A stretch of 64,000 nt of DNA from an uncultured Gammaproteobacteria bacterium (GTDB lineage: Bacteria; Pseudomonadota; Gammaproteobacteria; Natronospirales; REEB76), in the NCBI GenBank assembly GCA_964584665.1, contig CAZPAO010000010.1:435-64434 (forward strand), given 5' to 3'. The notes under the pieces were generated by a model. The model searched no databases. It saw nothing but the letters and a program-made list of their open reading frames with translations, and was not told the DNA's origin. Made by a program: the position numbers and the translations under genes. Below are positions 39,253 to 47,920 of the stretch, in pieces (position 1 is the stretch's first letter; every line of letters starts with the position of its first letter).

Positions 39253-39849
39253 TCAATCCTCGTCGCGGGTCAGGTCGTTGGTGAAGTTGGGTTCCCATGT
39301 CTTGCCGCCGTCGGCGGAGAAAGCCTGCTCGAAGTGCGCGGTGATGGGCGAGCCCTTGGGGTTCACCGTCCAGGTGTAACGCACCACGATGGGCTTGCCG
39401 TCGTAGGTGTCCGGTCCCTCGAACACGCCCACGTTGCCCGTGAACTTGCCCACCACCGAAGTCCCCATCTCACCGGGCTGGCTCATGCTGTCCACCCAGT
39501 AGATGCGCCACAGGCCCGTCTTGGGGTTGTAGAGCCGGAACGTCAGGCCCACGAAGCCTTTCGCGAAATAGTCGGTGCGGTACACGTCCTCGTTGCCGAT
39601 CACGCCCGGCATCGGGTGGGCTTCGCTGTGGGAATCGAACTCCACCCAGTCGTGGGAACCCACGAACTTCTTGGGGAGGCGGCGGTTGTGCATCTTCCAC
39701 TTGCCCATCTCGAAATCGAAGTCATGGGAGCCGTCCCGCATGGCCGGGCCGGCGGTGGCGGCAGGTGTCTCGGCGTAGACCACGCCGCCGAAGGCCGCGA
39801 GCAGCATGACGGTGGCGAACAGGGTCAGGGGTCGGGGAAGCTTCTGCAT
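39253..39849 (-). CDS. Secreted conserved protein of unknown function
   Basis: Signal peptide 'MQKLPRPLTLFATVMLLAAFGGVVYA'. The motif 'FDFEMGKWKMHNRRL...WRIYWVDS...FSADGGKTWEPNF' recurs in a widespread uncharacterised beta-rich family. GAGGAG-like RBS. Confidence 0.6.
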   Translation of the reverse strand: MQKLPRPLTLFATVMLLAAFGGVVYAETPAATAGPAMRDGSHDFDFEMGKWKMHNRRLPKKFVGSHDWVEFDSHSEAHPMPGVIGNEDVYRTDYFAKGFVGLTFRLYNPKTGLWRIYWVDSMSQPGEMGTSVVGKFTGNVGVFEGPDTYDGKPIVVRYTWTVNPKGSPITAHFEQAFSADGGKTWEPNFTNDLTRDED

Positions 39850-39954
39850 GAGGATCTCCTGGGGTGTGGCCGGCGGCGGGTGCGGCCGGTGCTGGGCCCA
39901 CGGTAGGGTTCAATTAGGGCATTTTCCGCCCTGATTATGGGTAGACTGTTTCCC

Positions 39955-40914
39955 ATGGCACATCCCACCACCCGCGTGCTGGCGGTCCTCGAACTCCTGC
40001 AGACCCATGGGCGCATGAGCGGGGCGGAGCTGGCGCGCCGTCTGGAAGTGGATGGAAGGACGTTGCGCCGCTACATCAGCGCGCTGGAAGACTTAGGGAT
40101 ACCCATCACCAGCGAGCGGGGACGCTACGGTGCCTACATGCTGGTGGCGGGATTCAAGCTGCCGCCCATGATGTTCAACGAAGACGAGGCTCTCGCCCTC
40201 TCGGTGGGATTGCTTGCTGCGCGCAGTTTGGGGCTGGCGGAAGCGAATGCCGCGGTGGCCAGCGCCCAGGCCAAGCTCGAGCGGGTGATGCCGGCGAAGC
40301 TGAAGCAGCGCATCCGCGCCGTGGACGAGACGGTGGCGCTGGACCTGAGTTCCGCGCCCGCGCCCGGAAGCAACCAGGCGCTCACGTTGCTGAGCGCCGC
40401 GGCGCAGCAGGGACGGCGCGTGCACATGCGCTACCGGTCGTCGAAGGGTGAGGGCAGCGAGCGCGACTTCGACCCCTACGGGCTCCTCTATAGGAAGGGT
40501 TGCTGGTACGTGGGCGGCCACTGCCACCTGCGCCAGGGCCTGCGCTCATTCCGGCTGGACCGGGTGGAGGAGGTGACGACGCTGGACACGCATTTCACGC
40601 GCCCTCCGGACTTCGATGCGGCTGCGCATCTGGATTTCAGCATCGCCACCCTGCCGCGGGCGACGCCGGTGGAGGTCCTGCTCAGGACCGACCTCAAGAC
40701 CGCCATGCTGGAGTTGGGGGAGCACATCGGTCTCTTCGAGCCACACCCCGAAGGTGTGTTGTTCAAGACCCGCACCGATGGCATCGAGTGGATGGCGCGG
40801 CAGCTAGCACGGTTGTCGTTCGGGTTCGTGATCCGGTCTCCTGCGGCACTGGACCAGGCGCTGCAGCGGCACCTCGCCAAGCTGCTCGCACCGCCGGGGA
40901 AACGCGGCAGATAG
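39955..40914 (+). CDS. YafY-family transcriptional regulator (wHTH + WYL + WCX domains)
   Basis: 'RVLAVLELLQTHGRMSGAELARRLEVDGRTLRRYISALEDLGIPI' is the HTH_11 part. The central 'RRVHMRYRS...RDFDPYGLLYRKGCWYVGGHC' is the WYL domain. The start could also be the ATG at 39937. Confidence 0.8.
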   Translation: MAHPTTRVLAVLELLQTHGRMSGAELARRLEVDGRTLRRYISALEDLGIPITSERGRYGAYMLVAGFKLPPMMFNEDEALALSVGLLAARSLGLAEANAAVASAQAKLERVMPAKLKQRIRAVDETVALDLSSAPAPGSNQALTLLSAAAQQGRRVHMRYRSSKGEGSERDFDPYGLLYRKGCWYVGGHCHLRQGLRSFRLDRVEEVTTLDTHFTRPPDFDAAAHLDFSIATLPRATPVEVLLRTDLKTAMLELGEHIGLFEPHPEGVLFKTRTDGIEWMARQLARLSFGFVIRSPAALDQALQRHLAKLLAPPGKRGR

Positions 40915-41027
40915 ATGCCGTGAAATTACAACAACCAATCCGTGGATTTACAACAAACTCGACGCAGGCATTGGGCTAACATCTTGTTGCTTTGCAGGCG
41001 TCGTGCCCGCTTCCCGGAGGTTTATAT

Positions 41028-41405
41028 ATGAGCGACCCCGCCGTCTTCCCCTACGAGACCCACCTCGATGTGAAGTTCCAGCCGCTGGAACTCGTGGACC
41101 TGGCGCCGCTGATCGATTCGGTCAAGCATCCCTGGTACAACCAGACGCTCGCCAAGGTGAACGGTTCGGTGGTGCGCCTCGGGGTGATGCAGGGTGAGTA
41201 CCACTGGCACAAACATGACGACGACGATGAGTTCTTCTACGTGGTGGAAGGCCTCTTCTGCGTGGACCTGGAGGACCGGGTGGTGGAATTGAAGCCGCGC
41301 CAGGGCTTCACCGTGCCCAAGGGCGTGGTGCACCGCACCCGCGCCCCGGTGCGCTCCATCATCCTCATGATCGAGAACGCCGGTATCATCCCCACGGGAG
41401 ATTGA
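41028..41405 (+). CDS. Cupin domain protein
   Basis: 125 aa with 'GEYHWHKHDDDDEFFYVVEG...VPKGVVHRTRA', the cupin motifs 1 and 2. Confidence 0.7.
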   Translation: MSDPAVFPYETHLDVKFQPLELVDLAPLIDSVKHPWYNQTLAKVNGSVVRLGVMQGEYHWHKHDDDDEFFYVVEGLFCVDLEDRVVELKPRQGFTVPKGVVHRTRAPVRSIILMIENAGIIPTGD

Positions 41406-41408
41406 GAG

Positions 41409-42014
41409 ATGGGCAAGAAAGACCCGCGCGTGGACGCCTACATCGCGAAGGCCCAGCCTTTCGCGCAACCCATCCTGCGCAAGCTGCGCATGCTCATCCA
41501 CAAAGCCGATCCGGACATCGAGGAGACGGTGAAGTGGGGCATGCCCAGCTTCACCCACGCGGGTATCGTCTGCGGCATGGCTGCTTTCAAGCAGCATGCC
41601 GCCTTCGGTTTCTGGAAGAGCAAGCTGATACTGGATGGGAAGGGGCGGCCTGCGGACGAGGCCATGGGCAGCTTCGGCAAGCTCGCCAGCCTCAAGGACC
41701 TGCCCAGCGATGCCAAGCTCATCGGCTACATCAAGAAGGCAGTGCGGCTGAACCTGGAGGGGGTGAAGGTGCCGGGCCGCGCGAAGCGCAAGGCCGTGCC
41801 GCTCAAGGTGCCTGCCTATCTCAGCCAGGCCCTGAGGAAGGCCCCCAAGGCCGCCGCCGGCTTCAAGGCGCTCAGCACCAGCCACCGCAACGAATACGTG
41901 GAATGGCTCACCGGCGCCAAACAGGAAGCCACCCGCCTGAAGCGCCTCGCCACCACGCTCGAATGGCTCGCCGCGGGCAAGAACATGAACTGGCGCTACG
42001 AGCGGCGCACCTGA
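41409..42014 (+). CDS. DUF1801 (YdhG-like) + YdeI-like domain protein
   Basis: N-terminus 'VDAYIAKAQPFAQPILRKLRMLIHKADPDIEETVKWGMPSF'. The C-terminus 'FKALSTSHRNEYVEWLTGAKQEATRLKRL' is typical of YdeI/OmpD-associated proteins. Confidence 0.7.
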   Translation: MGKKDPRVDAYIAKAQPFAQPILRKLRMLIHKADPDIEETVKWGMPSFTHAGIVCGMAAFKQHAAFGFWKSKLILDGKGRPADEAMGSFGKLASLKDLPSDAKLIGYIKKAVRLNLEGVKVPGRAKRKAVPLKVPAYLSQALRKAPKAAAGFKALSTSHRNEYVEWLTGAKQEATRLKRLATTLEWLAAGKNMNWRYERRT

Positions 42015-42096
42015 CGGCGGATTCCCTCCCGGCGTAAAATAGCGCCATCGAGGGCCGGTCTGGTCAAGACTGAGTCCAAATAGGGGGATCCACGGC

Positions 42097-43254
42097 TTGA
42101 ACCTCACGGCCCTGCTGCTGCTGTGCCTGCTCATGATGAGCATGCTGATGGGCGTGCTCGTGCTGGTGGTCGCGCGGGGCGAGCGCAAGTCCGTGGCGTT
42201 ACGGCTGTGGGGCTGGGGCCTCATCGCCTATGCCGTGGGCATGCTCATCATCATCTCCTCGTTCTTCTTCCCTTACGACATCACCCAGGTGCTGGGCAAC
42301 ACCGTCATCTCCCTCTCGGCGCTGCTCACTTCCCGCGGCGTGTTCAGGCACGTCCCGGAACGTCCGGGCTGGCGGCTGGTAGGTGCGGGCCTGGCGCTGG
42401 TGGTGCTGATCCTGGTGCTGAACCACGTCTTCTTCGACCACCTCATCATCGACATCGCCGCGCCCACCTTCTACGCCACCTTGCTCTACATCGGCGTGTC
42501 CTGGCAGCTCATCCGGCGGCCGCCTCCGGCGGCGCGCGCGGCAGCCAACTTCCTGGTCACCACCATCCTGCTCACCCTGGTGGTGTGGAATGCGCGCCTG
42601 GCGGTGATGTGGATCACGCTCGGCGGCAGTTCCGACACCGGCAAGGTGGATGCGCTGCAGGCGGGATTCTCCATCTTCCAGATGCTGCTGGTGGTCTCTT
42701 CCACCCTCGGTCTCATGTGGGTGGAGGTGCGCCTCATGGAGGCGGACCTGCGCCGCTCGGCCTTCACCGACCTGCTCACGGGCCTGCCCAACCGGCGCGC
42801 CATGCACCAGCGCTTCGACGAGGAGGTGGCCCGCTGCCGGCGCCAGCGCCAGACCTTCGGACTGGTGCTGTTCGACATCGACCTCTTCAAGCAGATCAAC
42901 GACACCTGCGGCCACTACGTGGGGGACGCGGTGCTGCGCCATATCGCCTCAACCCTCGAGCGCCACAAGCGCGGGGAGGACGTGCTGGGCCGCATCGGCG
43001 GCGAGGAGTTCCTGGTGATCCTGCCCCAGCATGCACGGGATGAGTGCATCCGCGCCGCCGACCGGCTGCGCCAGGCGGTGGAAGGTTCCCGCACCCATGA
43101 CGAGGCCGCCACGCCCACCGCCACCATCAGCGGGGGCGTCGCGGTGTTCCCGGAGGACGGCGATGACTGGGATCGCCTCTACATGGCCGCGGACCGGCGC
43201 ATGTACCGCGCCAAGCGCGCGGGCCGCAATCAGGTCGCGGGCCACGACGACTGA
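42097..43254 (+). CDS. Membrane-anchored diguanylate cyclase (GGDEF)
   Basis: About six N-terminal TM helices, then 'DLLTGLPNRR', 'FDIDLFKQINDTCGH' and 'RIGGEEFLVIL'. Start codon uncertain (TTG at 42097). Confidence 0.88.
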   Translation: MNLTALLLLCLLMMSMLMGVLVLVVARGERKSVALRLWGWGLIAYAVGMLIIISSFFFPYDITQVLGNTVISLSALLTSRGVFRHVPERPGWRLVGAGLALVVLILVLNHVFFDHLIIDIAAPTFYATLLYIGVSWQLIRRPPPAARAAANFLVTTILLTLVVWNARLAVMWITLGGSSDTGKVDALQAGFSIFQMLLVVSSTLGLMWVEVRLMEADLRRSAFTDLLTGLPNRRAMHQRFDEEVARCRRQRQTFGLVLFDIDLFKQINDTCGHYVGDAVLRHIASTLERHKRGEDVLGRIGGEEFLVILPQHARDECIRAADRLRQAVEGSRTHDEAATPTATISGGVAVFPEDGDDWDRLYMAADRRMYRAKRAGRNQVAGHDD

Positions 43255-43383
43255 CGCCCCGTCATCTGTCCCGTGGAATGGCCCGTACATCAGGGATTCC
43301 GATGGGTCCGTCAGGTTTGAAACATTCCATGCCCGGGAAGGTCTATGCTCTAGCCCACCACGGGGATAACAGGGTCCTAATCC

Positions 43384-44256
43384 ATGCGTAAGTCCATGCT
43401 GATGATCGCTCTCCTGCTGCCGGCTGCCGCCCTCGCTTCGAAACCGGTGAGCCTGGTGCAGAACGAGTACGATTTCGCCGCTGACACCGCCAAGCTGGGT
43501 GTGCACGACGGGTTCCTGCTCTACCTCGACAAGCAATCCGTCACCTTCGCGCCCAAGCCGGTGAACGCCTACGACTACTACGCGGGCCAGAAGCCCGGTT
43601 CCACGGTGTTGAAGTGGTACCCCGCCTATGCGCTGGTGGCTGCGTCCGGCGACTACGGCGTGGACACGGGCCCGTGGGTGGCTGAATGGAGCAAGGACGG
43701 GAAACCGCAGCAAGCCTATGGCGAATGGCTGACCATCTGGTCCAAGGATGCCGGCGGCAAATGGAAGGCGCTCTACGATGGCGGCATAGGCCATCCGAAG
43801 CCGGATGCCCCTGCCAAGGCCTTGGCCCACGATTCCAAGGTACCGCAGATGCCGGCGGTCACCGCCGCCGTGCCGGCGGAAGATGACGTGCATGACCAGC
43901 TGATCCGGGCCGAGACCGTGTTCTCCAACGATGCCGCCAAAAGCCTGCGCTCGGCCTACGACGGCGGCGGCTCCGACGACATCCGCCTGTTGCTGGAAGA
44001 CGGCCAGCCCATGCTGGGCAAGGAACTGGCGGATAAGGTGGTGCCTGCCGTGTCATCCGGCCTGGTATGGGTGCCGCTGGGCGGCAGCGCCGCCCGTTCG
44101 GGCGACCTCGGCTATATCTACGGCATGACCTACAAGACAGCGGATACCGCCCATGTGGCCCCGCAAGGGACCTACATGCACGTCTGGCGCAAGAGCGTGG
44201 ACGGCTGGAAACTCATCATCGCTATGGAAAGCCCGCTCCCGGCGGACACCAAATAG
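43384..44256 (+). CDS. Secreted protein with two NTF2/DUF4440-like repeats
   Basis: Signal peptide 'MRKSMLMIALLLPAAALA'. Two halves each end in 'G(K)WK(A/L)' motifs typical of SnoaL/DUF4440 folds. The fold assignment is tentative. Confidence 0.5.
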   Translation: MRKSMLMIALLLPAAALASKPVSLVQNEYDFAADTAKLGVHDGFLLYLDKQSVTFAPKPVNAYDYYAGQKPGSTVLKWYPAYALVAASGDYGVDTGPWVAEWSKDGKPQQAYGEWLTIWSKDAGGKWKALYDGGIGHPKPDAPAKALAHDSKVPQMPAVTAAVPAEDDVHDQLIRAETVFSNDAAKSLRSAYDGGGSDDIRLLLEDGQPMLGKELADKVVPAVSSGLVWVPLGGSAARSGDLGYIYGMTYKTADTAHVAPQGTYMHVWRKSVDGWKLIIAMESPLPADTK

Positions 44257-44270
44257 CAGGAAGGGCACCA

Positions 44271-44298
44271 AGCCGCTCCGGCATCAGCCGGAGCGGCT
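44271..44298. terminator. Bidirectional hairpin between convergent genes (overlaps the argR stop)
   Basis: 12-bp stem AGCCGCTCCGGC/GCCGGAGCGGCT with an ATCA loop. Confidence 0.45.
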
Positions 44299-44697
44299 CT
44301 CCAGGATCCCGCGCACCGTCTCCACGGCCTCGCGCATCTTCTTCTCCGGCGTCACGGCGATGAACACCGTGTCGTCACCCGCAAGCGTACCCACCACGCC
44401 GTCGATGGCGTGCTCGTCCAGCAGCACCGCCAGGGCCTGGGCGTAGCCGGGGCGCGTCTTGATGATCACCAGGTTCGGCGGAGCCGACGACACGGCATAG
44501 GCGGGGAGTTCCGTGGGCATGGGCTCCACCCGCTGATAGCGGCCCGCGAGCTTCTGTATCCCCAGCTTGTTCAGGTGCCGGGACAGGGTCGGCTGCGTGA
44601 CCTTGTGGCCTTCCTTCTTGAGCAGGTCCAGGAACACCGCCTGGTCCGTCACTTCCCGCTCTTCCGTCAGTCTCAGGATCGCTTCATCCAGCGTCAT
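44284..44697 (-). CDS. argR: Arginine repressor ArgR
   Basis: 137 aa. Winged-helix 'VTQPTLSRHLNKLG'. C-terminal oligomerisation/arginine-binding block 'TRPGYAQALAVLLD...GTLAGDDTVF' matches E. coli 'TSPGAAQLIARLLD...GTIAGDDTIF'. Divergent from the arg operon. Confidence 0.85.
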   Translation of the reverse strand: MTLDEAILRLTEEREVTDQAVFLDLLKKEGHKVTQPTLSRHLNKLGIQKLAGRYQRVEPMPTELPAYAVSSAPPNLVIIKTRPGYAQALAVLLDEHAIDGVVGTLAGDDTVFIAVTPEKKMREAVETVRGILESRSG

Positions 44698-44812
44698 GTG
44701 TGGCCTCGGTCATGGGGCGGTAAAGATGCATGCATATAGTATTGCATTAAACAGAATTACTGTGTATATAACAGCATTATATACCATTTAAATCACAATT
44801 ATTCATACATAG
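44698..44812. promoter_or_regulatory. AT-rich divergent control region between argR and the arg operon
   Basis: About 90 bp of strikingly AT-rich DNA in a GC-rich genome. It contains a perfect inverted repeat GTATATAA-cagca-TTATATAC (44764-44784). ATGCATAT occurs at 44730-44737 and again at 44813-44820, across the argD ATG just outside this interval. Confidence 0.5.
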
Positions 44813-45982
44813 ATGCATATTTTTAAGGATTCCCCGCAAAACGAGCCCCTGCCGGCGCTCCTGCCCACCTATGCGCCTTATCCGTTCCCGCTGCTCTCGG
44901 GCGAAGGGGAGCGGGTGCGGGACGATGCGGGCCGCGACTATCTCGATTTCTACGGCGGCCATTGCGTGGCCGCCACCGGCCACAGCCACCCGAAGGTGGC
45001 TGCCGCCGTGGCCACCCAGGCGCGTGAACTCATCTTCTATTCCGCCGCCGCGCGCCTGCCGGTGCGGGATGCGGCGGCAGAGGCCCTGGTGGCCTTCGCC
45101 CCCGCGCATATCGCATCGGTGTTCTTCTGCAACTCCGGTGCCGAGGCCAACGAGAGCGCCTTGAAGATCGCGGCGCAGCTCACGGGCCGCGCGCGCTACA
45201 CCGCGTTCGCCGGTTCCTTCCATGGCCGCAGCCTCCTGGCCCTCTCGGTCACGGACTCACCCTCCCTGAAGAAGGGGCTCGAACCTCTGCTGGCCCCGGT
45301 GGACTTCCTGCCGTTCGGCGATCTCGCCGCGCTTGCAGGCGCGGACTTCTCCAAGAGCGCAGCGGTGATCGTCGAGCCTATCCAGTCCATGGCCGGCGTC
45401 AGCACCGCATCCCGCGAGTGGTTCCAAGAGCTCTCCGAGAAGTGTCATCGTCAGGGTGCGCTGCTCATCTTCGATGAGGTGCAGACCGGCATGGGGCGCT
45501 TAGGGACGCCCTTCGCTGCGCAGTTCTACGGCATCGAGCCGGACCTCATGACCCTGGCCAAGGGCATCGCCTCCGGCGTGCCCATGGGTGCCCTGCTCAT
45601 GACGGCGGAAGTGGCGCGCGCGCTCAAGTCCGGCGACCTTGGCAGCACCTTCGGCGGCGGGCCGCTCGCCTGCGCGGCACTGCTCGCGACGCTCGAAGTC
45701 ATCCGCGAAGAGAAACTCATGGACAACGCCGCTGCCCAGGCGGCGCGCATCCGCAAGGTCCTCGCGGGCAGCTTCGTCACGGAAGTGCGGGGCGAAGGCC
45801 TGTTGCTGGGCCTGAAGTGCGGCGGGCACGCCTCATCTCTCAAGAAGGAGTTGCAGGAGTCCCGCATCCTGGTGGGCGGCTCATCGGATCCGGAAGTACT
45901 GCGCCTCATGCCGCCCCTCAGCGTCAGCGCCAGCGCGGTGGAGGCCTTGCTCTCGGTCATCCTCCGGTCCGGCACGAAGTGA
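44813..45982 (+). CDS. argD: Class-III aminotransferase, N-acyl-ornithine aminotransferase (ArgD-like)
   Basis: 389 aa with 'DFYGGHCVAATGHSHP', 'FDEVQTGMGRLG' and 'LAKGIASGVPMGA' (the PLP lysine region). First gene of the arg operon. Confidence 0.85.
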   Translation: MHIFKDSPQNEPLPALLPTYAPYPFPLLSGEGERVRDDAGRDYLDFYGGHCVAATGHSHPKVAAAVATQARELIFYSAAARLPVRDAAAEALVAFAPAHIASVFFCNSGAEANESALKIAAQLTGRARYTAFAGSFHGRSLLALSVTDSPSLKKGLEPLLAPVDFLPFGDLAALAGADFSKSAAVIVEPIQSMAGVSTASREWFQELSEKCHRQGALLIFDEVQTGMGRLGTPFAAQFYGIEPDLMTLAKGIASGVPMGALLMTAEVARALKSGDLGSTFGGGPLACAALLATLEVIREEKLMDNAAAQAARIRKVLAGSFVTEVRGEGLLLGLKCGGHASSLKKELQESRILVGGSSDPEVLRLMPPLSVSASAVEALLSVILRSGTK

Positions 45983-46983
45983 AGCACTTCACCCACATCG
46001 CCGACCTCGGCGTCCCGGGCGTGCAGTCGGTGCTGGACCAGGCGTTGCACTGGAAGCGCTACGCGCCCGGCGCGCACCTCGCGGGGAAGCTGCTCGGCAT
46101 GGTGTTCTTCAATCCCTCGCTGCGCACCCGCGCCTCCTTCGAGGCGGCGATGCTCCGGGGCGGCGGCAACGCCCTGGTGCTGGACGTGGGTAACGGCGTG
46201 TGGAAGCTGGAGGACCGGACCGGTGCCATCATGGATGGCGATCGGCCGGAACACATCAAGGAAGCCATCCCGGTGCTCGGCCGCTACGCGGACGCACTGG
46301 CGGTGCGCACCTTCGGTGCGCTCCTGGACGACGACGCGGACGCGGCGGACCCGGTGCTGAACGCCTTCCGCGCGCTGGCGGGTGTGCCGGTGATCAGCAT
46401 GGAGTCGGCACGGGAGCATCCCTGCCAGGGTCTCGCGGACATGCTCACCCTGCGGGAGAACTTCGAAGATACGCACCGTCTGCCGGTGACCCTCACCTGG
46501 GCGCCGCACATCAAGCCGCTGCCGAAGGCCGTGCCCCACTCGTTCCTGTTGAGCGCCGCCGCTGCGGGCTGCGAAGTCCGCGTCACCCATCCGCCGGGCT
46601 TCGAGCTGCATCCTGGCGTGCTGGCGGAAGCGCAGGATTACGCCCGCGAGAGTGGTGGCTCCGTGACGGTGACGCATGACCGCAAGGCGGCTCTCGCGGG
46701 CAGCCGTGCGGTATACGCCAAGGCCTGGGGACCGGACACGCATCAGGTGAGTGCTGCAGACGCGCCCGCGCGTATCGCCGCCCACGAGGACTGGCTGGTG
46801 GATGCCGCGGTTCTGGCCGCCGCCCAGGATCCCGTCTTCCTCCACTGCCTGCCGGTCAGGCGCAACGTGGAGGTGGCGGACGCGGTGTTGGACGGCAAAG
46901 CCAGCCGCGTCATCGATGAAGCCGAGAACCGTTTCCACGTGCAGCGGGTGCTCCTGCACCGCTTGCTCAACCCGGATGCCTGA
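45979..46983 (+). CDS. argF': N-acyl-L-ornithine carbamoyltransferase (ArgF' type; acetyl or succinyl specificity unresolved)
   Basis: 'VFFNPSLRTRASFE' replaces the OTCase 'STRTR' context. 'MDGDRPEHIKE...LGRYADALAVRTF', 'HPCQGLAD' and 'HCLPVRRNVEV' resemble Xanthomonas/Bacteroides ArgF' rather than classical ArgF/ArgI. GTG start in a GTGA overlap with the argD stop. Confidence 0.8.
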   Translation: MKHFTHIADLGVPGVQSVLDQALHWKRYAPGAHLAGKLLGMVFFNPSLRTRASFEAAMLRGGGNALVLDVGNGVWKLEDRTGAIMDGDRPEHIKEAIPVLGRYADALAVRTFGALLDDDADAADPVLNAFRALAGVPVISMESAREHPCQGLADMLTLRENFEDTHRLPVTLTWAPHIKPLPKAVPHSFLLSAAAAGCEVRVTHPPGFELHPGVLAEAQDYARESGGSVTVTHDRKAALAGSRAVYAKAWGPDTHQVSAADAPARIAAHEDWLVDAAVLAAAQDPVFLHCLPVRRNVEVADAVLDGKASRVIDEAENRFHVQRVLLHRLLNPDA

Positions 46984-46999
46984 GTAGAGGAGAGATGCC

Positions 47000-47920
47000 A
47001 TGTCCGTAGCCCCCGACAGTTATGCCACCCTGCGTTCCGCCGCCCAGTACGTGCGCGCCTTCCGCGGCAAGACCTTCGTCTTCAAGCTGGGGGGCGAGGT
47101 GCTGGAGGACCCGAAGATCCGCCGCGCCGTGTGCGAGCAGCTGGCGGTGCTGTGGAGCTTCTCCATCAAGCTGGTGCTGGTGCACGGCGGCGGCACGGGC
47201 ATAGACGCCCTCTGCGAGAGCCTGCACCTGCCGGTGGAGAAGGTGGCGGGAAGGCGCGTGACCACCGCCAAGGTGCTGGATGCCGCCAAGATGGTGTTGG
47301 CGGGGACGCTGCACACCGACCTCCTGGCGGACCTGCGCGCCGCGGGCCTGCCGGTGGCGGGCATCAGCGGGGTGGATGGCGGGCTGCTCACGGCCCACAA
47401 GCGCCAGCCGGTGCAGATGAAGGATGACCTGGGCCAAGTCCAGTTCGTGGACTTCGGCCTGGTGGGGGACATCGACAAGGTGAACCCGACGCTCTTGCAG
47501 CATCTCCTGGCCGGCGAATACGTGCCGGTGGTGACGCCGCTGTCCGCCAACGACAAGGGCGAGGTGTTCAACACCAACGCTGACACGGTGGCGGCCGAGG
47601 TGGCGGCGGCGCTCGGCGCCGAGAAGCTCTTCTTCCTGTTGAAGGTGCCGGGGCTGTTGGAGGATCTCACCCGTCCCACCAGCCTCGTGCCCTATGCGAC
47701 GCTGGAAGGCCTCGAAGGCCTGGAGGGGTCCGGCAAGATCAGCGGCGGCATGCGGCCCAAGCTCGCGGCGGTGCGCCGCGCGCTCTCGGGCGGTGTCGCC
47801 AGCGCGCACCTGGTGAGCGGCATGCTGCCGGATGCGGTGCTGACGGAGGTCTTCACCAACCAGGGCAGCGGCACCATGGTGGTGGCGCGGGAAGCCAAGG
47901 CGAAGGAACAGGCGGCGTGA
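47000..47920 (+). CDS. argB: N-acetylglutamate kinase (kinase domain only)
   Basis: 'FRGKTFVFKLGGEVL', 'VLVHGGG', 'NTNADTVAAEVA'. 306 aa with no fused acetyltransferase domain. GAGGAGAG RBS. Confidence 0.92.
   Translation: MSVAPDSYATLRSAAQYVRAFRGKTFVFKLGGEVLEDPKIRRAVCEQLAVLWSFSIKLVLVHGGGTGIDALCESLHLPVEKVAGRRVTTAKVLDAAKMVLAGTLHTDLLADLRAAGLPVAGISGVDGGLLTAHKRQPVQMKDDLGQVQFVDFGLVGDIDKVNPTLLQHLLAGEYVPVVTPLSANDKGEVFNTNADTVAAEVAAALGAEKLFFLLKVPGLLEDLTRPTSLVPYATLEGLEGLEGSGKISGGMRPKLAAVRRALSGGVASAHLVSGMLPDAVLTEVFTNQGSGTMVVAREAKAKEQAA

Noticed and set aside
44725-44822. Attempt to fit canonical 18-bp E. coli ARG boxes (TNTGAATWWWWATTCANW) in the argR-argD intergenic region.
   Set aside because: No alignment gave an acceptable match. 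TGCAT/ATTGCA and ATTCAT fragments appear, but with wrong spacing. I therefore report only the AT-rich region and the palindrome, not specific ARG boxes.
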